From Trichoplax adhaerens (Eukaryota; Animalia; Placozoa): 64,000 nucleotides of DNA. The position numbers and the translations under genes are program-made. Every line of letters begins with the position of its first letter. Positions within the stretch are counted from its first letter, which is position 1. A model generated the notes under the pieces. The model worked only from the letters and a program-made list of their open reading frames with translations. It was not told the DNA's origin and did not search any database. Shown piece by piece: positions 28,533-39,772 of this stretch. Location: contig NW_002060953.1 of assembly GCF_000150275.1 (NCBI RefSeq), positions 1,399,693 through 1,463,692 on the forward strand. The letters are read 5' to 3'.

Positions 28533-31500
28533 TTGTATCGAAAAGGTAACATATATCATTGGAAGAGTGCTAGCTTGCTCTTTGAATTGAGATCAATGTC
28601 ATCTCTGATATCATTCTTGAATATAAGGTAAACACTTATAGTCTACTACCAGAACTATTCATCTTTGACATTTACTGAAACTTCTACAGCTATGATGCTT
28701 AGCTCCGCTTTAGGATGAGCTTATTTCTTGTACTATGTATATGCTTCCATTTTATTTCATCCTGTTTTTGTCTCTCACCATGATTAGATAGAAGTAGGAA
28801 AGTATGACTTATTCTTAAATAGTAATACGTTTATATTAATGATTAAAGGCTATATAGTACATCTCGAAATTTTTCTAACAGTCTTTTCCCCTGATATTAC
28901 ATAAAATCAATTAGAGTTATACAATGCATTAGTATCGAATGTATGTTGAAATTAGCGTTCTTTCTGCTTCTAGGATTCTATAGTAAAATAATAATTTCGA
29001 TCATTTTTTCTACTATTACGCATATTAATTAATAAATACAATAATTTGTTGAATATGTATCAACCTCATTCTTATCTTCTGTATTAAATTAACATATAGT
29101 CCTCTAATTACTAAATAGTTCATGCTTAACTAATAATAGTAGAATCTGAAAATTATTCTAGATTGTATTCCAAAATAAATCTATCACTTTTTCTTCCTAA
29201 AATAAAGGTTTAAATTTTCATGATCGATATTACTAGTATAAAACAAATATGTACCTTGAAAATACAATATTTTAAAGATTATTGTCGATATGATAACAAG
29301 ATACAAGATAGCTCTTCAGCCGAAATTAAGAATTGATTTATTCAATGCAATAATTCTTTGGTTATAAGTCAATGTGTATAAGCTTGCTCATATTTAAGCC
29401 GAGATCAGAAACTTTCAAACACTAATATATCGTTTATGGTAGCTGGAGAATGCCGGTGATGTCCGAGAGTACTGGAGAGAAAACAAAAAAATCTAGATCG
29501 AATTATATTATTAATGCAGCCATTAAAATATCAGATATAAATAGAAAGTTTTCAGTTTATCCCTGTAGTTGTTTTCGCGGCGAACCTACAAATTACAGAG
29601 CACCCTTAATTTAATATCCTGTTTACTTCACTATCAAATTAATTAACGCCAAAAATAACTCCTTTACAATTAAATGAGATTACTACCCAATACTTGATAT
29701 CAGCGTGTAATAACATCATCAAATATATTGGAATGCTAAAAATTTTTAACTGAGAATTATCATCTTGTTTTCTTTTGATCGCATCTACGTTCAATATTTA
29801 TATAAATCTAAACTATCGTTAGTTTATTTATTCTACTGAAATATCTCGTGTAGTTACAAAAATTTATTCTTGATATGATAATAAGGGTAGCTTTAAACAA
29901 CGAGTACTGCTGCATTTCAAGTGCCTCAATGTTTGTCTTCTTACTTTTCAACTTTATTAACGTAAACAACTTAATGTTATACAATTAAAATTTGACTGTT
30001 TTATTCTTTCAGCAGGGGGGTTGCAGTATAGTCTCGTTACACTATCATGAACTGTATTACTTCTGACTCCAAAAATACTTTCAAAAATACTGTCAAATCT
30101 CATTTCTTTATTATTGTTTATTCATCCATTTTATTTTTTATGAGTGGATAAGAGAGTATGACTATTCAATGCGTCGCAGTATTTTGCGCTGTAGTAAATT
30201 TTAACATTCTTCTGACGATGAATGCTTTGTTATTATTTTTAGAAAATATATTATTTTCTAGGAGACAGAAAAGTTTATTTCAACCCTTTATTAAAGTTAC
30301 TGGACTATACTGTTTATTTCATAATACATTCTGAATATAATACTGATATCCAAATATTAAGACTTGTAAAATCGATTTAAACCGCATCCACGAGTATAGC
30401 AATTTTAATAGCTATCTAGATCTACGGCTTGCCATTTCGTTGATATTATTTAAATAATCCTGCTGTTTTATTATTCTGCGCAATGATTTTTCTCCATAAA
30501 TTACCTGTTTTATTAACGAGTTCTTAGCAAAAGATGATAATATCTTTGTATAATTGCTTAATACGAAAGGAATCTTTAGCTTCTAAATATAGCGTACGGT
30601 TTGGCCTTTGAAAAAGAAATAATGAGGCAGCAAGAATTTAGTGCGATTGCCTTAAATAAGCATTAAACGGCGGCAACTTGGTCTGCACTGATTGAAATAA
30701 TCATTGCAAACGTCTAATTTTGAATATAAATTTAAACAATATCATGCTGAACTATTTATTTAGATATGGCAGTATCCATAAATACAAATTAAATTTTATA
30801 TATTTAAGACTCATGCAAATATCAGTGGCCGGTATTACAGAGAAACTCGGATGCGCGTTTCATATTGAAATCATTATCTAAAGCAATGGATTTGAACATC
30901 GTGAAAGGATGTTAGAGTCGTAAAACAAACTGTGTAATACTTGAAATAATTAATTCGGCAATACTTTAGTAATTGGGTAGTTATGTCCATAGAGTTTCTT
31001 TATTATTATTGCTGTTATTATTAGAACATTTCAAACAGTTTAGAGAAATAACGCAGTTATACGAGTTTCAAAGTTTTACTTCAAATATTTCTTCTTCTGA
31101 AATACGCTAATATGCTAATGTTATTATCGCGCTTAACAATTATTTGTACTATAAGACAAGACTAAGCTGAAAATTTGTAGAAAATGAAAGCCAAACTATT
31201 GGTATATTCGAAACATGTTAACTTTAAAATTATGCCATTATATCATTTTATCAAATCTAATGTTTCACAGATAAACGGAGAATTTATAAAATTTCCTACT
31301 CGTAACTAGGACGGCAAACAATTTTGCAGATGTTTATCGATAACAACCCAAGCTGCTTAGTTACTACACAGATGTCGTAAGTTCAAGTATTAATAATAAT
31401 TTTATTTCACTGCTCAAAAACTTTTAAGCATGTATTCTCCTAATAAAACAAACATAACAGTAGTAAATGCATGTATGCTGTTTATCTACATGGAAAATGA

Positions 31501-33171
31501 TTTATTCTTATGTCCATTATTAAACCTACAAAGATTTATTCTTCTGAAAATGGATCTAGTTTGATATTATTTCCGTAACCGTTGATAATATAATCAGTAT
31601 TGTAGCCGTGATATATATAACCTGATTTTCAAATCTATAGTAACCATTGGAAACATAGGACCATAAAGACAACATCAACAATGTCGTTGATAGCGAAAAA
31701 GTTTCAATTTTATGAGTACAATGTCAACGGCTACACAATGTAAGTTTTCATATTTTATTTCTAATGTAGCTATCAAGGAATGAGTCTAAATTTGAGTTAT
31801 AACTAATTTTAATGAAGCATCATGTTTTATTTATTAAATGAGCAGAAATACTCGGAACATACGATAATAATCAAAGCCTTAAGGGATCAATTTCATATTT
31901 ATAAACGAAGCTAATCAATGTAAAAGATAAGACCAAGAAGTGATTAGAGGAATAGAACTATATATAATTGCGAATGAAACAAAATGTATTTTTAGTCCTT
32001 AAATAAGATTGTAGATAACAGTCTAATTCGCTTGCTTCACTACTGAGCAAGGTCTAAATTACTTTAGGGTATCTATCTTTTCGAAGGAAACAATAGGTTC
32101 TGTTCAAGATAGTTATTCCGGCAGCATGAAAACTTCTCTACGCTAACATAAATTAAATTTATTAATCAAAGCAACGATACTGCCTTTCGTAATCTTGCTA
32201 ATTTTGATGATGCTAATTACGCAATCGACTTAGAGGACAATTCTTGTTATGAATCTAGATCATCATAAGTGAAACCAAAAAATACCTTAATTTAATCATA
32301 ATTGCCGTAATTGTCAATTGCTTTGCATCCAGTTTACATAATAGCATCCCAAAATGAATCTACGGTTATTAATATTGAAGTTGATAATTACTATCAGCAC
32401 CATAAGTATACCACAGAGTAATATTTCAAAATACTAGTCTAGTGCAATCCAATCAAAATATTTAAAGTTTATTCTACAATATTTATCTTCAATTTTGCTA
32501 GTAATTTAGCATGTTATTACTATATGAAAAGTAGTATTTTAATTTCTATGCTTACATTTAATGTATCCTATAACCATAAAATATTCTTAATTTATTATTC
32601 TCCTCTTTATCAACAAAAAATCAATGTTTATCAGACATACAGTGTTACCAAGCCTTGGCGACTAAGATCTCCACCGGCCTATAAATCATTACTATTGTCT
32701 GGGTTTACGTTAAATGACATATTGTTGCTTCACTAATTTCAAATAGGAATAAGGCTATAGTTAACAATTCGCTAAACAAAAAGTGATTTACCGATATTAT
32801 TAAAATTTCGATTTTACTTTTGTGGATAGCTAATATCATGATGCATAATGGATAATTTTAATCAATTGTTTTCAAGCTATATTTAGTCAGTTGTACATCG
32901 ATCATTGAATACTTTTTTTAAATGTTCTATAAATATCTGTAAGCCTGGTACAATTTTTTTAATTTTACGTTTTTATTTTTCAAGAGAAAAGCTATTTTAC
33001 ATGCTAAAAAATCGTGCTTATCAGCAGTTATCGATCTCCCGGAAAAATTTGACTGGTATCATTCCAATATTTGGATAATAATCTAAACCTTAATTTTTGA
33101 ATATTCTAAACGTCTCTCTAGTCAATAAATATATTTCAGCGTTTTGGCTTTCGTTCTCTCTCCGATTAAGC

Positions 33172-34164
33172 ATGATCAACTCAAGTTACATTCAACAAAT
33201 TGATATCATAGCTGTTATGGTATGGTCTACTGTTGGTTCATTAGCCTTAGTAGTTAATTTAACATTTATCATCATGTACTGTATTAGAGGTTGGCCTCGG
33301 CGAGTTATCAGCAATATCTTAATTAGTCAATCAATTGGGCACATTTTGTATATTGCAGCTTACGTCTTTCCGAGATTGGCATTTGTAGAATGGCAAAGTT
33401 TAATCATTTATTGCAATTTTTTCCCTGCCTTGCAAATTGCTATCATTATAATTTTATTTCTACATCCACTTTGTATCAGTATTGACTGCTATTTAATGAT
33501 ATTTTATCCATTGTATTATCGCTGCCGTAAAGTTCAGCGCAAGATGAGGCAGATGATCATTATAATTTGGGTAGTTGCTATCGTTGTAGCAGTTATATCT
33601 TTAGTTACATTTCATCACTGGTCTAATAACGGCTGTAATCAAAGTTATACTTCACCACTTAAATCTGTTTACACGTTGTTTGTAATGGTTGTCTGTGCCT
33701 GCTGCCCCTTCATTATTACTGTTCTATGTTACTGGCGAATTCTTAAGCAATCATTAAATCAACCAAAAGCTAGCTTTGACAAAAGGATGCCAATATTGAA
33801 GCGAAGAAATAGTCCTAATTCAATGGAATCATTATATAGTAAAAATCGAGCCGTAGCTAAATTAATGGCTATAAACTTTATGCTTTTTAGTATTTTATCT
33901 TTGCCCTTTCTTACATTATTTACAATTCGATCGATAACAAGAAGTGATATTGGCACTGGAGCATTTGTAGTTTTACGGTATATTTCACACTTTTATTTTA
34001 TCTTAGCTCCAGTAATTAATTTATTATTTATTCACTATATTAATGCAGCAGTTAAGGAAGCTATGCTTAGTTCTAGAGTATCATGGAGTAATAGTTCGAT
34101 AAAATTAAGTATCGGAAGATCCTTTCGATCGCTTGCAGGTACTGTGGATGGTACTACTGTATAA
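33172..34164 (+). CDS. Class A GPCR, intronless CDS, most divergent array member 5 (about 330 aa)
   Basis: 7TM with SIDCY..YPLYY, TM4 IIWVV, TM5 CCPFIITVLCY, TM6 LSLPF and TM7 YFILAPVIN. The ORF track starts at TTG 33097. The first ATG (33172, MINSS) gives a length matching the paralogues and follows a splice-acceptor-like atatttcag (33131-33139). Confidence 0.88.
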   Translation: MINSSYIQQIDIIAVMVWSTVGSLALVVNLTFIIMYCIRGWPRRVISNILISQSIGHILYIAAYVFPRLAFVEWQSLIIYCNFFPALQIAIIIILFLHPLCISIDCYLMIFYPLYYRCRKVQRKMRQMIIIIWVVAIVVAVISLVTFHHWSNNGCNQSYTSPLKSVYTLFVMVVCACCPFIITVLCYWRILKQSLNQPKASFDKRMPILKRRNSPNSMESLYSKNRAVAKLMAINFMLFSILSLPFLTLFTIRSITRSDIGTGAFVVLRYISHFYFILAPVINLLFIHYINAAVKEAMLSSRVSWSNSSIKLSIGRSFRSLAGTVDGTTV

Positions 34165-36499
34165 TTCTACCTCTCGTTGCTTACATCCAGTATATTACTT
34201 ATCTACTTATGTTGTGTTTAGTAGCATTATATATTGTGGTATTATGATATAACATTATTCTGCATTCAGAGTACGATTTAAATTAAAGATCTTCATCACA
34301 AAAATTATACTCGTAGGCAGTGCAATATACTTATGCTATTAAGTTCTGCTTTAACCGATATCATAATACACCTAAAGAAGGAGGTATAAGAACGCTGATA
34401 CTGAAAATTCAGTACTAGATGTTATTAACTGACTCTCGTTAGTAACTGTAACTATTTCAAATATTAAATAAAATCACTAGCGTCAAGGATAAACCATGAA
34501 ATAGACGAATTCTTTCATGATTATTTTCTGTTTAGAAAATTTATCTTCCTTACCTAGACTCTCATTCATTGTCGTCCGTTATTTGCTGCCCTAATACATA
34601 GCACGTGTACAAAGTTTTCTAATTTCATTATTGTAGGCCAAATAATTAATGCAGCATTTTTTTATTTCTGCTTTGATTAACTATATATTGTTCATTGTCA
34701 ACAATGTTTTATGAATATAATGTAGAATCTAAATTCCAATCAATTATGACTATCAATAAAGGAAAAATTTTAGCATAAAATGTCTGGAAAATATATACAT
34801 AGAATGTATTATGTAGAATACTTGAACATTAAAAAAAATCTCCCCTTATTAAATCGATGAGCGATATCTTTTTCTATTATGGGCGTCTTTAAAAGTTAAT
34901 AGCACAGTAATTTATCAGTTCAGTTTCCTTCTAAAGATACTGTATCAAAATTAAGTATAGTACAAACCAAATAAAAGATTAATAAAATCCCATAAATCGT
35001 ATTTGCGTTTGTCTCTTTGGCATACAATTATTCGCTAAATTTACAAAAGGCTTAAAGCAAATTGTTAGAATCAAAGATGCTAACAGATACATTAAATCAT
35101 GTTTGCTCTGCAGGCATTTTCAGATCAGCGACGAAAACTGAAATTTGAATGTTTGTGTTTTGTGTGGCTGTAAAAATAAATGCCCTCTATACTATATTTA
35201 CGTTATTATTGCATTAGGTTAAAAGCAAAGCAATAGATAAAATGACTTAAGAATTATCCAATTTAAACTGTATCTGTTATAGTATATCACATATTTATGT
35301 AATTACTGATGACGTTGTTATATAGCCATATTGCGTAACCACAGAAATTAGATCATATTCGATGCTAAAATATTGAATCTTGAAAGGTATTGAATAACAA
35401 GGAAATCAGTTGTTATCAAGTTATAATAGTGTTTATTAGCTCCCAGAATATTTGCATGTATGTAAATTCTTCAAAAGATATCATACGATTAGTCGCGATT
35501 ACCCTTCTTAACCCTTCGGAGAACACTTAAGTCTACAGGAAGTCTAGTAGAACGCTAGAATGGCAATAGAGATTTCAACTTGTCTGCAAAATTTACCGTA
35601 GATGACAAACAGATATAAATCAATCCAACGTGTACAAATCCCCTTATACTTGAAAATTCTAAGAAGCAATTTTAGAACATAATCGATTTCAATCCAAAAT
35701 TTTACTTACATTACTTATGAATCTTTATTAGTGAGTAGAGCCAATGAAGCCCCATAATACAGAATGATTAATTCACCGTTGCCAACTTTCATAGTTTAAA
35801 ATTTATAGTCGTGAATTGATATATTTTTGAGTACAAAAGATAATGGCCACTATTGCAATTGTGAATTACTGTCTGTTTGTATATAGTATCTTATATACGT
35901 ATGACCGGCAAAACTACTAATTGTTTATGAAGTAATTTTAGAATTTTAGTGTTTAGATAGCAGTAATGACCAACTGAAGATTATGCCAATGCCAGTATTC
36001 CTCGCAGTATTTGATACAGTATTTTATATGAAAGCAGAATAGACTGTCATAAATTTTATCTTTTAACATTTACTCAGCAGTGCAGTAGATAGTTTGCTTA
36101 GCTTGGGCCAATTTCTACCAATAATGTCCTACTGCTTACTACTGTAAATTCGGCGCAATTATACTGCTGCTAACACAACGCTCCCTCCTGCATTTTGTAT
36201 AATCCGTAAGAATCGAGTGTACGGCCAGCAGTTTTGCTAGCCTTCTATTCAAGAATTGTAGTCTTCAGTTGGTAGCAGTAGTCTCCAACCACGGATTGTG
36301 CAGATACAAAAAATATCCTGAATGAACTGTGTATTTAATACCGTATTTTACAAGTTATTCTACTGTTGATGAACTGTAGTAGATGCTATCTTCGTGTGCA
36401 TAGACGATGAGGGTATTATACAGTGCTACCGTCTTCTGCTCTCACTTTAAATTAACCGCAAAATTTTTATCACTTCATTTATTACATTATTACTTAGTT

Positions 36500-36935
36500 T
36501 TAAACCGTAAGGATGGCAACGGTGATGTGTATTTACATGTACTTTGTATGTTATGTTATTGTTTTTACAGTTAACTCAATTGATTTCAAACAGTAACAAC
36601 ATCAATAACTATGCATGCATATGCATTACATATATCATATGTTGTTTTATTATGCCTACCGTTAACTAATTCTATTCTATGCTTCAGACCCTAAATACGG
36701 CAACCGCGATGTATATTTCCACTTTTATTGTATGTTGCGTTGTTATTTTTACTGTTATCTAAATTTAATTAAGACCGTAAGGACGACAACAGCAATGTGC
36801 CTTTTACACGCATATAAATTTACGTGTATTATGTTATTGCCTTTTAGCTTTAATTGAATTTAAGACGTTGAGGATAGCAACGGTGATGTCTATTTACACG
36901 TTGATTATATTGCATAGAATGCTGTATCTGTTAAC
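36500..36935. repeat. Degenerate minisatellite, about five copies of 85-98 bp
   Basis: Units start at about 36500, 36586, 36684, 36769 and 36859. Approximate consensus: TTAAGACCGTAAGGA.GGCAACGG.GATGT.TATTTACA.G..TGTATGTTATGTTATTG.TTTTAC.GTTAA. Confidence 0.8.
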
Positions 36936-38328
36936 GGTAAAAACAGCATTAATATCATTTGGACTGTTGCCACGATAGTCCGTGCGTCTGCAAGTCTGTT
37001 CCTTCCTACTGTTATACCACTATAAAATATAGTAATGTTAAAACAAAAGAGAGAAATAAAAAATAACGGTTACTGCTGAACAATACTGCAACATAGTTAA
37101 CTGCTATAACGGGCCAAAATCGCCAGTATACTATGTTTTCTTGTAGTGATTGAATTCTTGCATACTGTACATTACTAACACAAATTACAATATGAAATAT
37201 GTACATATTTACTAGCAAACGTCTGATGTTACGAGAAGTATGTTTTACATAGGATCATTTACAGTTCAAGAAGGTGAAGATGAAAGACGAATTGAGCGTA
37301 GTTAACTATAATTTAGTTCATTAACTGATTAGTTGCTATTCAATTTACTTCGTAACATAAAACGCTGACGACAATATATAGTACGGTGCTGAGTATAGCA
37401 GCGCTTCGATAATATATCATCTGCCATAGGACTTTAGCTGGTATTAATATTTTGTAACTCTGGTACATATCAACTGAGATTATTTATTCTATTAAACCAT
37501 TCGTCATTTCTGCAGTTATTGACAGAATTACTTAAGCAGACTATTTATCCGTCTGGTCCCATTTCATATTTTACTGCATCTAGTTCACATTTGCCCGCCG
37601 TCCTAAATCATAATGTTAAATTCAACTACTGAAAGTGTACAAGGGAGAAATGCTTTCATGCATGAATCAAGCCGTATTGCTGTTTTGGACAGAAGCATGA
37701 ATCAACCGATAAGAAAGTAAGTGATATACCATGTATTTTTATCAGATTAAGGTTTTAAAAGCGGTTCATCTATTTAAATTATCTTTTTAGTCATAGACCG
37801 CTTCATAATTTTAAATAACACTAGTAATGCTCCGTAATATCTTGTAATTCTAAATCGCCTATCAAAGAGCAGCAGTACTTCACAATTACCTAGCATACGA
37901 GTATAGTAAAGCAGTTGTTCATACAGCATACTTTGATTAAAACAATATTCTTCCTGTAGGATTAAGTTGGAGTTGAAAAGCTACTATTCGTGAATGTACA
38001 ATCCAAATCAATTTCAATATCGCTTTTTTGGATATGTCTGATTGAATCTAGTTGTCTGTAAGGCGTAAAAGCTGTACCCTTATCATAAATGTAGGATATA
38101 CAGTTGAAAACTTCCATTTTACCAATCCAAAAGTTTCAAGATAATTGAATTAACGCAGAATGATCTGACGTTAATGACAACTGATTTATTTTAGTCTTTT
38201 CGCTTTATTACTCCATCAAAATCTTCATACACTCGTAGATACTTATTACTACTTCTAGCTACCATAACAAAGTATAAAGGAACAGATTTCATTATTCGTA
38301 TAAGAACAAATGCAATCGTAAGTGAAAA

Positions 38329-38475
38329 NNNNNNNNNNNNNNNNNNNNNNNNNNNNNNNNNNNNNNNNNNNNNNNNNNNNNNNNNNNNNNNNNNNNNNNN
38401 NNNNNNNNNNNNNNNNNNNNNNNNNNNNNNNNNNNNNNNNNNNNNNNNNNNNNNNNNNNNNNNNNNNNNNNNNNN
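38329..38475. other. Assembly gap (N run)
   Basis: Run of N characters. Confidence 1.
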
Positions 38476-39772
38476 CATTTACTTTTAGCAAAATATAATG
38501 AATCGCATTATGCTATACTGTATGTCTCAGTATTCGTGATAGTTTGTAACAGGTAGACAACATTATAAATTAGAATTATAAATTATGTTTTACATATTTC
38601 TGGCGTAAAATAATCTTGACAGAACATGGTAGCTTAGACTTTTTAGATTAATCTTTTATTCTCCTTCTATTCAAGCATAATGGAACAAACGATAATTTAA
38701 AAATTATCGAACATACATTATGTATCGTTTGATGCAGACATCTACTGGCCTGATGTATTTTGCTCTACACTATTCACGTTCTCACTAATCTACAATACGT
38801 CAATTTCGAATGATTGCCGATTGGCTAGTAAAATGATTATTTTTTCTTCAATAATAAAGAGATTATGAAATGTTGTGCCTACCCTATTAATGCTAATTGA
38901 TAGTTGGTAACTGGATGCTAGGCTATTATACATAGCGGTAGCTTTCTTAATACCCTGTATTCGCTATGCATTATGTTTGATCTTCTGATGATAAAGTTAT
39001 AATGCTATTTAAATATTGAAATGTTTTTGAACATTTTATCAGTAGTACATCCTACCCCTTTTACTTATTCTTCTCATGTACATAAACAGAGTACATCAAT
39101 CTAATCTTCGATAACCATTATTGAGCCCATCTTTGATACAGAACCCTTCCACTAATTGATTGCCTTTTGCATTAAGTTTAGGAAATACACTATACTTCGA
39201 TATGAAATGTAGTTTAGAAAAAAACTACTAACGCTAGTAACAGCCCTTTTATCTACATTTGCCAATTATAATATACTTGCATGACTATTTTGCAACATTG
39301 TCTACAAAATGAAAGAATATACATGGCTTCAATAAAGTGGGTTAGATCAATGATTGCTTTTATCTACTTTTTTCTCTACAACAGCTTTAAATTTGCACTA
39401 TAATCACTATTCCTGATATGACAGTTCTTATGACAGCTATTATTCAGCAATTAATCTTTGTTACACAATCTTAATTTTTATTTTGTCAGGAAAACATCAG
39501 TCTAAAAAATATCCTATAATACTATAAGCGAATTAATTCAATTTAGGCTTGCATCAGCCGTTGTCAATTAATATAATTATAGTTAACAGCAGTTCTGACA
39601 TTTTTCGCTAGTTGCAGGCTGTTATTATTTAATGTTCTAGATTGCAATTAGGAGAATAATAAGTTATAAGTAACATCTGCCAATTTAACGGACAATTTTA
39701 TAAAATATCACTGACATTTAAATGGTGTAAGAAATGTCTTGTCGGTAATTCTTATGAACGAATCTTATTTAG

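Noticed and set aside
33097-33171. 25-codon N-terminal extension of GPCR5
   Set aside because: Starts at TTG, overlaps a likely splice acceptor, and is absent from the paralogues.
2886-34164. Calling the GPCRs opsins or aminergic/trace-amine receptors
   Set aside because: No Lys at 7.43 and no Asp at 3.32 in any member.
35460-35800. Possible small minus-strand exons
   Set aside because: Candidate frames hit stops and the implied intron would be under about 50 bp, so no coherent gene model emerges.
36500-36935. CRISPR-like repeat/spacer appearance
   Set aside because: The repeats are degenerate, the spacers are mutually homologous, there are no cas genes and the context is eukaryotic.
38191-38491. 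Two minus-strand ORFs spanning the N run
   Set aside because: Artefacts of the assembly gap.
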